A stretch of 64,000 bases of DNA. Origin: Polyangiales bacterium (GTDB lineage: Bacteria > Myxococcota_A > Polyangia > Polyangiales > Houyiibacteriaceae). The stretch is from contig JBGCFM010000039.1 of assembly GCA_045106895.1 (NCBI GenBank), positions 128,001 through 192,000 on the forward strand, in the 5' to 3' direction. Within the stretch, counting starts at the first letter, position 1. Each line of letters opens with the position of its first letter. The position numbers and the translations under genes are program-made. The notes under the pieces were generated by a model. That model saw nothing but the letters and a program-made list of their open reading frames with translations. It had not been told where the DNA came from and made no database searches. This document shows positions 1 to 8,908 of this stretch, in pieces.

Positions 1-269
1 GCCTCGCGCGCGCAGACCTCCACCGCGGCCTCCGGGCTCTCCGCCATCGCTGGCCCGAGTCGACGAGCGAGGCTCTGCTTGAGGCTCATGACAGCGCCGC
101 GCGCTTCGGCGATGCACTCCGAAGACTCGTCCCTCGGTGCCGCCGTGGCTCCCTCCGAAGTGACTTCGGCGGGTTCTTCCACTTCGGGTCCCTCTCGTTC
201 GGGACCGTCGTCGCATGCCAGAACGCTGGCGACGAGGGCAAAGGACGCAAAGGTGACAACACGCTTCAT
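1..269 (-). CDS. Lipoprotein, probably DUF3365/Tll0287-like c-type heme family (3' end lies outside the window)
   Basis: Not in the ORF track. ATG at 269 reads MKRVVTFASFALVASVLAC (lipobox) ... SLKQSLARRLGPAMAESPEAAVEVCAREA, resembling the DUF3365 'G/P-x-x-A-[IV]-x-V-C' segment; the frame is open to the window edge. Confidence 0.55.
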   Translation of the reverse strand, partial: MKRVVTFASFALVASVLACDDGPEREGPEVEEPAEVTSEGATAAPRDESSECIAEARGAVMSLKQSLARRLGPAMAESPEAAVEVCARE

Positions 270-407
270 GGGCGGATGACAGTGCAATCCACGTTCCACC
301 AAGCGGAGGCGTATTTCTACGTCGAAAGAGGGAAGAGGGACTCCACGTGCATCAATCTGCAACACAGTGACGCGCCGCCCACGAACACTTGAAACACTCG
401 AGACAGC

Positions 408-1871
408 CTATCGCTCGGAACGCGCGGGGACGTGGAAGCCGCTGACAAGAAACGGGACGTCGAGCGACATTTGGCCACCCGACGGGGGCGGGTAGGTCCA
501 TGACCGCATCGCCGTGACCAAGCACGCCCGATACGGGGCGACGCTTTCCCCGCTTAGCGTCACGCGCTCGGTGGTTCCCTCGGCGTCGACCTCTGCGTGC
601 ATCATGAATTCGATATTCAACTGCTCCGAGCCACCTCGCTCAAAACAGTCGCGCACCTGAGCCAGGCGACGGCGGATAAATCGGCGCATCACCGCCCCGG
701 ACAGCTCCCCGCCTTGAACCGCAACATCCCTAATACGTATTCGAATCCCTGGCCGTGCGGCGACTCGATTGAGATGAACGCGGGCCAAGAGCGCACGCCG
801 AAGCACCACCGGTTCGGGCTCAAAATGAAGCGGTAGCAAGGCCGCCGCATCCTCGGGGCCGAGCCAGTAGTACAAGGCGTCCGGGGCCGGTGCGATGGGA
901 CCTCGTGGCTGGCGCTGCAGGACGCGTGAAGAAGGCGGCTCGCCGCCGACGAGATCGTAGCGCCAAGCGCGGGCGAAGGCCTCGCGTTCAGCCTCGGTCA
1001 TTCCCAGCTGCCGCATGTGGGCGTCCACGGCGGGCATGATGGTGCCCGTGTCCGCGTCGCTCGGCCACTCCACACGCGCCGTCTCCCCGGGCGCAGGAGG
1101 GTCGACGAAACGCACGTAGGTGACGCCTTCGTGTTCGCGAAGGACGCGCATTAGGCGACCGGGGATTGGGTCCGTTCCGCGGTGGGTGACGTTCGCCGTG
1201 TTGCCTTCGAGGGTGATCGCGAGCGGCCCACCGGTGGGCATTCCCGCTCGGTAGAAGAGATGGTCAAAACGCGCGCCTCCAACCTCAAGGCACGCGCCGT
1301 CGGAGGTCTCGTACGTAGCGAGTTCTGCGGCTTCACAGAGGTTGTCGGGCAAGGAGCAGCGCTCTGATCCAATGCTCGGATAGCTGCTCCCGGTGCAGCT
1401 CGCTCCCCTCGCAAGCACGTCCGGCCAAATAGCGGTGGCGCCCGAGTCGTCCGTCGTCAGCTGAGCGTCGGGCCAATGCTCGGGCAAGGTGCCGCGGGGA
1501 ACATGGACGCGCGCCGAAAACCTCGCCTCGTCTGCGCCGCCAAGAAGGTGCGCATAGAGAACAGGCTTGAGACCCACGGTGTTCAGGCTTCCGATGCCAA
1601 TGGTCCCCTCCGCGGCGACGGGATATCGACCTGGCCCGGCGGTGGCCAACGCGCGGTCTTCGCCCAGGCCAAAGTGAATCAGGCCCCACTCATGAATCGC
1701 GTAGCCTTCGCGGCCTTCCATGGCTTCCGGCTCGGGCGTCTCCGCGGCGTGCCGGCCCTCCTCGACTCGACCGCCGGAGGGACTCGCTGGACTCTCCGGA
1801 GTCGTCGCAGCCGGCTCTTCGCCCCCACAAGCAACGTGGGAGAGCAGAGACACGAACAAGACCCAACGCAT
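408..1871 (-). CDS. Lipoprotein with YAIHEWG/KPVLY domain and C-terminal AgmX/PglI (TonB-C-like) domain
   Basis: Lipobox HVAC; C-terminus 'RRFIRRRLAQVRDCFE...CLVTAMRSWTYPPP'; clear paralog of 52100-53590 and 53600-55138. Confidence 0.75.
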   Translation of the reverse strand: MRWVLFVSLLSHVACGGEEPAATTPESPASPSGGRVEEGRHAAETPEPEAMEGREGYAIHEWGLIHFGLGEDRALATAGPGRYPVAAEGTIGIGSLNTVGLKPVLYAHLLGGADEARFSARVHVPRGTLPEHWPDAQLTTDDSGATAIWPDVLARGASCTGSSYPSIGSERCSLPDNLCEAAELATYETSDGACLEVGGARFDHLFYRAGMPTGGPLAITLEGNTANVTHRGTDPIPGRLMRVLREHEGVTYVRFVDPPAPGETARVEWPSDADTGTIMPAVDAHMRQLGMTEAEREAFARAWRYDLVGGEPPSSRVLQRQPRGPIAPAPDALYYWLGPEDAAALLPLHFEPEPVVLRRALLARVHLNRVAARPGIRIRIRDVAVQGGELSGAVMRRFIRRRLAQVRDCFERGGSEQLNIEFMMHAEVDAEGTTERVTLSGESVAPYRACLVTAMRSWTYPPPSGGQMSLDVPFLVSGFHVPARSER

Positions 1872-1930
1872 ACGTGGAAGTGTACCCTATCGACTCCGCG
1901 AGGCTCTTGGTGCCTCACAGGAGCCCCTCG

Positions 1931-2110
1931 ATGAATGCTGATGAACCATTTGTAGAGAAACTGCGCGACCTCGCACGGTCGGGGGCATCGCTCAAAGAGC
2001 TACTCGATGTGATCCACGAGGAGCAGGACGCCGAGCCATACACGCGCGGCATTGTGATGTACTGGCTCTGCCAGGCTTTCTCAGTCTCCCTGGGCGAAGC
2101 GAGGCGCTAA
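1931..2110 (+). CDS. Short hypothetical protein, possibly a truncated gene
   Basis: ATG at 1931 preceded by AGGAG; 59 aa, helical-looking; its stop overlaps the next ATG (TAATG). Confidence 0.35.
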   Translation: MNADEPFVEKLRDLARSGASLKELLDVIHEEQDAEPYTRGIVMYWLCQAFSVSLGEARR

Positions 2111-2589
2111 TGCGAGTCGTGCACTCCAGCGTTGGGTCCATCACTGAGAAGGGGACACAATCCGCGCCCGAGACCTTGTCTGCGGACGAGCTCCGCTTGT
2201 GCTTTCCGGGGGCCGTTGAGTTCGTTGGGTCTCAGAACTCGACTCTCCAGCTCCCGGACGTCGCGCTCTTTGGCGTGCTCCATGAGCTTGCAGCGATGTG
2301 GAGTGCGCTCTGTCGCGGGGTCACCAAGCCTTCGCGCACGGATCTCTACGGCGCGTACTCACTCTCACTCACCCGCGAGCCCTCCGGCCAAGTTCTGCTG
2401 ACAGAAGAGTGGCGCGGAGAGACCGTATCCTTTGAGGCAAGCGCCTTTGTCGATTCACTCGCGGCGTGGAAGGCGTCGCTATTTGCGTCGGCGCGGAGCC
2501 GTCACCCAAGCCTCGCCGAGAATGGCCACTTCGCTGCGCTAGAATCGGAGGTCTCACAGCTTCTACGGACCCGCCTGCCGGGTGCATGA
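2110..2589 (+). CDS. Hypothetical protein
   Basis: 159-aa ORF with protein-like composition, coupled to the upstream ORF; no recognisable motif. Confidence 0.5.
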   Translation: MRVVHSSVGSITEKGTQSAPETLSADELRLCFPGAVEFVGSQNSTLQLPDVALFGVLHELAAMWSALCRGVTKPSRTDLYGAYSLSLTREPSGQVLLTEEWRGETVSFEASAFVDSLAAWKASLFASARSRHPSLAENGHFAALESEVSQLLRTRLPGA

Positions 2590-2651
2590 CCCGCGGGCCC
2601 GCCGGCCGCGCTGCCCTTGATGTCTCACCGATAGGGCACCATCGTCAAAGG

Positions 2652-5600
2652 ATGTCCCTCTCTTTCGCCCATGAATCGACGCGCCGCTGGTTTGAGCGCT
2701 CGTTCGAAGGCGCCACGCGGGCGCAGAAGCTTGGATGGGGCCCGATTGCCGCCGGCGAGTCCACGCTACTCTTGGCCCCGACGGGGAGCGGCAAGACTTT
2801 GGCAGCGTTCCTCGTGGCTATCGACAAGCTTCTCTTTGGCGCGAAGGAAGCGGGCGCGAAGAAAGCGGGCACAGAGAAAACGCGCGCAAAGGCGACGAGC
2901 ACGAAGGACGACAAGAAGAGCGGCGTGCGCGTCCTCTACATCTCGCCGCTCAAAGCCCTCGCCGTCGACGTGGAGCGAAACCTGCGAGCGCCCCTCGCGG
3001 GCATCTGCGCCGAAGCCGCGCGGGAAGGAACACCCACGACTCCGCCGACGGTAGGCATCCGCTCCGGCGACACCACGCCGAAAGAGCGCGCGCGCATGAA
3101 GCGCACGCCGCCGGACGTGCTCATCACGACGCCGGAATCGCTCTTTCTTTTACTGACGAGCCAATCGGCGGCGGGCCTCGCGAGCATCGAGACCGTTATC
3201 ATCGACGAGATTCATTCGCTGGTCCCGACCAAACGCGGCGCCCACCTCGCTCTTTCGCTGGAGCGACTCGAGGCGCTTCGGCGCCGCGCGAACCCGAACA
3301 TAAAACCGATGCAGCGCATTGGGCTCTCGGCGACGCAGCGGCCCCTCGACGAGGTCGCTCGTTACCTCGGCGGCGCAGAGAGCGACGTGCCGCGTCCCGT
3401 CACCATCGTCGACGCCGGAAGCCAGAAGGAGTTCGACCTACGCGTCGAGGTCCCCGTCGAGGACATGGCGCGCATGCAGCGGGAGGAGGCCGCCGCGTCC
3501 GGTGACGAGGACGACCTGCTTCAGCCGGGCTCCACGTCAGGGCAGCGCTCTCCGAGCATTTGGCCGGCGATTCATCCGCGCCTCGTGCAGCTCATTCGCG
3601 ACCACCGCTCGACGATGCTCTTCGTGAACAGTCGCCGCCTCGCCGAGCGCTTGGCTGCCGCCATCAACGAGCTCGCCGGTGAAGAGCTCGCCCTCGCCCA
3701 TCACGGCAGCATCGCCAAAGACATGCGGGCGAGCATCGAGGACCGTCTCAAGAAAGGCGAGCTGCCGGCCATCGTGGCTACCAGCTCTCTTGAACTTGGC
3801 ATCGACATCGGTGCCGTGGACCTCGTCGTTCAGATCGAAGCGCCACTCAGCGTAGCGTCGGGCATTCAGCGCATCGGGCGCGCGGGCCACCAGGTCGGCG
3901 CCGTGTCCGAAGGCATCGTCTTCCCGAAGTACCGCGGCGACCTCCTCGCGTGCGCCGCCGTCACGGAGCACATCCTCGAAGGCAAGGTCGAATCGACGCA
4001 CTACCCGCGCAACGCGCTGGACGTGTTGGCGCAGCAAGTCGTCGCCGTTGTTTCGTCGCCCTTCGCCACGGAGGAGAGCATCGACGAAGACGCGCTCTTC
4101 GCCCTCGTCCGCGGCGCGGCCCCCTACGCCGAGCTGGCGCGCACCTCGTTTCATGCGGTCCTCGACATGCTCAGCGGCCGCTACCCCAGCGAGCAGTTCG
4201 CGGAATTGCGGCCGCGCATCACTTGGGACCGCGGCCGGCGAAAGCTCTCCCCGCGGCGTGGCGCCAAGATGCTCGCCATCGCCAACGCCGGCACCATCCC
4301 CGACCGCGGGCTGTATGGCGTGTTCCTCGCGAACAGCGAAAAGTCCGTGCGCGTCGGCGAGCTCGACGAAGAGATGGTCTTCGAGTCACGGGAGGGCGAG
4401 GTGTTCTTGCTCGGTGCGAGCTCCTGGCGCATCGAAGAGATCACTCACGAGAAAGTCATGGTCTCGCCGGCGCCGGGACAGCCGGGCAAGATGCCCTTCT
4501 GGCATGGCGATAGGCCTGGGCGCCCTGCCGAGTTTGGCCGCGCCATCGGCAAGCTCGCGCGCGAGCTCCTCGCGGCGGACGGAAGCGAAGCCCGGGAGCG
4601 CCTCGTCACGCGCCACGGTCTCGACGCTCGCGCGGCGGAGAACCTCCTCCAGTACCTGCAGGACCAAAAGGAGGCGACGGGACAGGTTCCCAGCGACAAG
4701 CGCATCGTCGTGGAGCGGTTTCGCGACGAGATTGGCGACCTCTGCGTCGTGATCCTCTCGCCCTTCGGCGGACGCGTGCATTCGCCCTGGGCCACCGCCG
4801 TCCGCGCGCGACTTTTGTCGGAGTACGGCGCCGAAGCCGACGTCATCCACGGCGACGACGGAATCGTGTTCCGCCTCATCGACGCCGACGTCACGCCGCC
4901 GCCGGAGTTCTTCTTTCCCGACCCAGCGGAAGTCGAGGGCCTGGTCATGAGCCACCTCGGCGAGACCGCGCTCTTCGCCGCGCGCTTCCGCGAAAACGCA
5001 GGACGCGCCCTACTCTTGCCCAGGCGGCGCCCTGGAAAACGCACGCCGCTTTGGGCCCAGCGACGCAAGAGCGCGGGGCTCCTCAAGGTCGCCTCGAGCT
5101 TCCGCGACTTCCCCATCGTGCTGGAGACCTACCGCGAGTGTCTTCGCGACGTCTTCGACCTGCCGGAGCTGACGGCGCTCCTTCACGCCATCAAGACACG
5201 AAAAGTGCGCGTCACCCACGTCGACACGAAGCGCCCTTCGCCCTTCGCCGGCGCGCTCATGTTCAACTACGTCGCCGCGTTCATGTACGAAGGCGACGCG
5301 CCGCTGGCGGAGCGACGGGCCCAGGCGCTCTCCCTGGACCAGACGCAGCTTCGTGCGCTCCTCGGCGAGCCGGAGATGCGCGAGCTTCTCGAGGCGGACG
5401 CCGTGCGCGAGGTCGAAGCGCAGCTGCGACGCGATGCGTATCCGCTGACCCATGCCGACGCTGTTCACGATCGGCTGCTGAGCATGGGCGACCGGCGCGC
5501 CGACGAATTGCCGGGTGAGCCCAAAGAGGTCGCAGCGCTGCTGAGGGCGCTCGCCGACGAACGTCGCGTGGTGGCCGTTCGCATCGATGGCGAAGAGCGC

Positions 5601-7292
5601 TTCATCGCCATCGAAGACATGGCGCGCTACCGAGACGCGCTCGGGATTGTGCCGCCGCCGTGGACGCCAACGGATCTGCTCATGCCGGCGGAGCGCCCCA
5701 TGGAAGCTCTCGTCGCCCGCTACGCCCAGACGCACGGCCCCTTTCGCGCCGAGAGCGTGGCGACGCGCTATGGGCTCGGCGTCGCGCCGGTGAATCAGGC
5801 GCTGGAACGGCTCGTCGCCCAAGGACGCATGGCCACCGGCGAGCTCTTGCCGACGGAGCTGCTCCGCGAGCGAGGCTTAGGCGGCGGACGTGAGTTCTGC
5901 AGCAGCGAGGTGCTCTCACGCATCAAACGACGCTCTCTAGCCATCCTTCGGCGCGCCATCGAAGCCGTGGACCCGCCGCTCTACGCGCGCTTTTTGTTGC
6001 GCTGGCAGGGCGTCGAGCCCCGCGCGGGCCACGCCATGGAGGGACTCATCGAAGCCCTCGCGACGCTCGAAGGCGTGCCCGTGCCGGCGAGCGATCTGGA
6101 GACACGCATCCTCCCGGCGCGCGTGGGTGCCTTCGATCGCCGAGACCTCGACGAGCTCTTCGCCTCCGGCGACCTCGTCTGGCGCGGCGAGCAGAGCCTC
6201 GGCGACAAAGACGGACGCGTCGCCATCTACAGCGCCGACCAGTTCTCGCTCCTCGCGTCGCCGCCGGAAGAGGTCGAAGGCGAACTCGCTCTGCAGCTAT
6301 TGGACCTCTTTGCGACGCGCGGCGCGCTCTTCTTTCGCGACATGGTCACGGCGACGGGGCGTCTGTCGTCCGAAGTCTTCGACGCGCTCTGGGATCTCGT
6401 GTGGGCCGGCCACGTGACGAACGACACCTTCGCGCCGCTCCGGGCGCGCGTCGGCGACACCAAAGCCCAGGCGCGCACGATGTCGCGCATGCGCTCACGC
6501 CGACCTCCGCTGAGCGGAAGCCTCGCTCGAAGCGGTCCGCCGGGGAGCGCGGGTCGCTGGTCGCTCTTGCCTAAGCTCGAGTCTTGGACGCCGACGCAAC
6601 GCCTCGAGGCCCTCGCATCTTCGCTCCTGCAGCGCTACGGCGTACTCACCCGCGAAGGCGTCTCCCGTTGCCTCGGAGCCCACGCCGACGTCCCAGGCTT
6701 CGGCGCGCTCTACCCTGTGCTCAAGGCCATGGAAGAGGTGGGGCGCGTTCGCCGCGGGTACTTCATCGCGGGGCTTGGAGCCACCCAGTTTGCACTGCCC
6801 GGATGCGAAGACCGCCTCCGCGACGAACGTGACACGCCAGAGGAAGAGCGCTCGGAGCGGGGGCGTTCACGCAGCCACTGCCTGGTCCTCGCCGCCGACG
6901 ACCCCGCGAACCCTTACGGCGCGTCACTCCCTTGGCCGACGAGCGACGCCGCCAAAGCCCTGCGCCCTTCCCGCTCCGCCGGAGCCCGCGTCGTCCTCGT
7001 GGAGGGCTCACTGCGCGGTTTCATCGGCCGCACCGGTCAACGCCTCTCGACCTTCTTGCCTACCTCCGAGCCGGAGCGGAGCAAAGCCGCGCACGCCCTC
7101 GCCGAAGCCGTCGGGCGCGGCACCGGTCAAGCGCGGGGCAAACGAGGCGGCGGCGCCGTGGTGTTCAAGCGTATCGACGGCGGCCCCGCGGCGGAGTCAG
7201 ACTTCGTGCCTTACTTACTCGATGCCGGGTTTCAGCCCGCGGCGAAGAGCATGCATCGGCGCCTCGGCGCGGCGAGCACGCGGCCGAACTGA
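2652..7292 (+). CDS. lhr: Large Lhr-family SF2 DNA helicase (full length, with C-terminal extension)
   Basis: Walker A APTGSGKT, YISPLKAL, DEIH, GLSAT, HHGS, ATSSLELGIDIG, QRIGRAGH, GTIPDRG and C-terminal RRGYFIAGLGATQFA. Start placed at ATG 2652 after AAAGG. Confidence 0.95.
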   Translation: MSLSFAHESTRRWFERSFEGATRAQKLGWGPIAAGESTLLLAPTGSGKTLAAFLVAIDKLLFGAKEAGAKKAGTEKTRAKATSTKDDKKSGVRVLYISPLKALAVDVERNLRAPLAGICAEAAREGTPTTPPTVGIRSGDTTPKERARMKRTPPDVLITTPESLFLLLTSQSAAGLASIETVIIDEIHSLVPTKRGAHLALSLERLEALRRRANPNIKPMQRIGLSATQRPLDEVARYLGGAESDVPRPVTIVDAGSQKEFDLRVEVPVEDMARMQREEAAASGDEDDLLQPGSTSGQRSPSIWPAIHPRLVQLIRDHRSTMLFVNSRRLAERLAAAINELAGEELALAHHGSIAKDMRASIEDRLKKGELPAIVATSSLELGIDIGAVDLVVQIEAPLSVASGIQRIGRAGHQVGAVSEGIVFPKYRGDLLACAAVTEHILEGKVESTHYPRNALDVLAQQVVAVVSSPFATEESIDEDALFALVRGAAPYAELARTSFHAVLDMLSGRYPSEQFAELRPRITWDRGRRKLSPRRGAKMLAIANAGTIPDRGLYGVFLANSEKSVRVGELDEEMVFESREGEVFLLGASSWRIEEITHEKVMVSPAPGQPGKMPFWHGDRPGRPAEFGRAIGKLARELLAADGSEARERLVTRHGLDARAAENLLQYLQDQKEATGQVPSDKRIVVERFRDEIGDLCVVILSPFGGRVHSPWATAVRARLLSEYGAEADVIHGDDGIVFRLIDADVTPPPEFFFPDPAEVEGLVMSHLGETALFAARFRENAGRALLLPRRRPGKRTPLWAQRRKSAGLLKVASSFRDFPIVLETYRECLRDVFDLPELTALLHAIKTRKVRVTHVDTKRPSPFAGALMFNYVAAFMYEGDAPLAERRAQALSLDQTQLRALLGEPEMRELLEADAVREVEAQLRRDAYPLTHADAVHDRLLSMGDRRADELPGEPKEVAALLRALADERRVVAVRIDGEERFIAIEDMARYRDALGIVPPPWTPTDLLMPAERPMEALVARYAQTHGPFRAESVATRYGLGVAPVNQALERLVAQGRMATGELLPTELLRERGLGGGREFCSSEVLSRIKRRSLAILRRAIEAVDPPLYARFLLRWQGVEPRAGHAMEGLIEALATLEGVPVPASDLETRILPARVGAFDRRDLDELFASGDLVWRGEQSLGDKDGRVAIYSADQFSLLASPPEEVEGELALQLLDLFATRGALFFRDMVTATGRLSSEVFDALWDLVWAGHVTNDTFAPLRARVGDTKAQARTMSRMRSRRPPLSGSLARSGPPGSAGRWSLLPKLESWTPTQRLEALASSLLQRYGVLTREGVSRCLGAHADVPGFGALYPVLKAMEEVGRVRRGYFIAGLGATQFALPGCEDRLRDERDTPEEERSERGRSRSHCLVLAADDPANPYGASLPWPTSDAAKALRPSRSAGARVVLVEGSLRGFIGRTGQRLSTFLPTSEPERSKAAHALAEAVGRGTGQARGKRGGGAVVFKRIDGGPAAESDFVPYLLDAGFQPAAKSMHRRLGAASTRPN

Positions 7293-7408
7293 TACGCTCC
7301 CCATATGATCTGGCCTTTCCGCAAACGGACGCCTGTCCGAAAGCACTCGTTGCGGAGGTACTACAATTCCTAGCGGCCGAGGATGGCGCCCTGGAAAGGA
7401 CGGCCGGA

Positions 7409-7524
7409 AACAACAACGCCGAGCTTCGTTAAATCGCCGAGCTATGCGCCTCGTTCACCTTGGCCGCCGCACGCTGCGCGCAAGCACGATTGGCGAGAGA
7501 CACGAAGTCTTCTTCGTAGAGGCT
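7409..7524 (-). pseudogene. Decayed copy of the first ~40 codons of the SufU-XdhC-MocA gene (13864-13986)
   Basis: Reads SLYEEDFVSLANRACAQRAAAKVNEAH versus SLYEEDLVSLADRAYAIPAAAKVGEAH; the ATG is lost and a net 7-nt deletion removes NPLC and shifts the frame. Confidence 0.85.
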
Positions 7525-7631
7525 GGCTACTCGAACCCGCTCCGCAGGAAGTGAGCCGGCGGACGATATTCTACGCAGGGCTCAGTTTCGAGCTGATCTA
7601 CCGTGGACATTGGCTACCGTAATGCTGCGCT

Positions 7632-7925
7632 TTAGGCGCGACGCAGATTGAGCGTATCAAGCCGCCACCGCAGGGTTTCTATTCTGTCCTGACCGAAGAA
7701 CGGCTCTCCTCTTACGACCATCGTCGGCACTCCCCAATGGCCGGCCGCTTCCAGGCTGTCGTGATTACTGTCTATCTCGTCGGTGTGGTCGCCATCTGTG
7801 ATGGATTGCTCCATTTCACGTAGGTCCAAACCGACAGCATGAGCGGCTGTCTCCAAATGATCGCCCTTATTCCAATCTTCCGTTCCGCCAAAAACCAGCG
7901 CTGAGACCTCCTTAGCAAAACCCTC
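7632..7925 (-). pseudogene. C-terminal fragment of a DsbA-family / 2-hydroxychromene-2-carboxylate isomerase (kappa-GST-like) gene
   Basis: GHWGVPTMVVRGEPFFGQDRI motif is present; the N-terminal SPYSY-type active-site half is absent; the DNA is visibly AT-richer than its flanks. Confidence 0.75.
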
Positions 7926-8014
7926 ACGGCGTGCATCGCGACTATGGCGCGTCAGCGCCGCGGCGCCGCCGCACCTCAGCACATTGATGCCCGAGCTCTG
8001 ACCGCGTGGCTCGG

Positions 8015-8908
8015 CTAGTGCTGTCCCTGCCACTCGATACCGAGTGTCGTGCGATACTGAAGGTCAACAACAGAAGGGGATCCAAGGACCGGAGCCGCAA
8101 CGGTGATGCTCGCCAGGTCGAGTTGAATCACCACCTGGCTCTGGCGCGCAAAGCGAATGCCCGCGGGTTTAATCTGCACGAAGAGCCCCGTGTGGCCCGT
8201 CGAATGAAGCGCGAGCTCCGTCAAAAGAACCGAGACACCGACCGCCGCGGCCATTCGAAGCCGCTCACGAAAGAAGAATCGCTCGCCGCCGACGGCGATG
8301 TTCAGGGTTCCGGCGCGAGCGACGAAATCGAACTCTGTCTCCGCGTAGAGGTTCTGCTCGATGTGCCCATAGACGCCCCAAGGGCCGCGCCGGGCGCCCG
8401 CATTGATGCCGTACCCAAAGCGGATGTTGAGCGTGGACACCGCGAGGCGGTCGCTGAGAAGCGAGATGTGGGTGAGGACCGCGAACCAAGGACGCCACTC
8501 GTTGGAGCGGTCCAACGTGTCCCTGTCGCGCTCCACCGAAGGTTGGGGGCTCTCAACGGTATCCAGAGCCTGCGCATCGGGCGCTGGCGCCGTCGCCGGT
8601 TCCTCCACCACAGGTTCCAGGGGAGCCGCCTCGACCAAAGCTCCGTCACCCGAGACAGACCCCTCCGCGTCGGCGGAAACCGCATCGGCGGAAACCGCGT
8701 CGGCGGAAACCGCGTCGGCTACCGCTTCAACCACCGAGTCCGACACGGACTGCGTCGGATCTTCGACGACAACCTCCTCCGTCGGAGGCGCCTCCACCCT
8801 GACCTCCCCGTCCACCGGCGCTGGTGCTGCGGAGTCTTGCGCTTGAACGGGCAGCGAAGAGAAGGCGACGACGGCAAGCATCCACGCGCTGCGAATCAGC
8901 CAAGTCAT
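8015..8908 (-). CDS. Secreted protein with acidic linker and putative outer-membrane beta-barrel C-terminal domain
   Basis: Signal peptide ending VQA-Q, Ala/Glu/Pro-rich linker, alternating amphipathic strands ending YRTTLGIEW; paralog of 11102-11734. Confidence 0.7.
   Translation of the reverse strand: MTWLIRSAWMLAVVAFSSLPVQAQDSAAPAPVDGEVRVEAPPTEEVVVEDPTQSVSDSVVEAVADAVSADAVSADAVSADAEGSVSGDGALVEAAPLEPVVEEPATAPAPDAQALDTVESPQPSVERDRDTLDRSNEWRPWFAVLTHISLLSDRLAVSTLNIRFGYGINAGARRGPWGVYGHIEQNLYAETEFDFVARAGTLNIAVGGERFFFRERLRMAAAVGVSVLLTELALHSTGHTGLFVQIKPAGIRFARQSQVVIQLDLASITVAAPVLGSPSVVDLQYRTTLGIEWQGQH
8665..8719. repeat. 15-bp tandem repeat (~3.7 copies) encoding AVSAD
   Basis: CCGCGTCGGCGGAAA repeated in frame within the linker. 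Confidence 0.85.

Noticed and set aside
2466..2651. 62-codon N-terminal extension of Lhr in the ORF track
   Set aside because: It overlaps the upstream ORF and has no helicase-like sequence; ATG 2652 has an RBS-like AAAGG.
2652..7292. Lhr helicase as part of an anti-phage defence system
   Set aside because: It has the ordinary long-form DNA-repair Lhr architecture, with no nuclease, methylase or other defence partner adjacent.
7926..8033. N-terminal part of the 133-aa ORF 7632-8033 as a real start
   Set aside because: It overlaps the end of the upstream gene and does not resemble a DsbA N-terminus; it is a chance open frame fused to the fragment.
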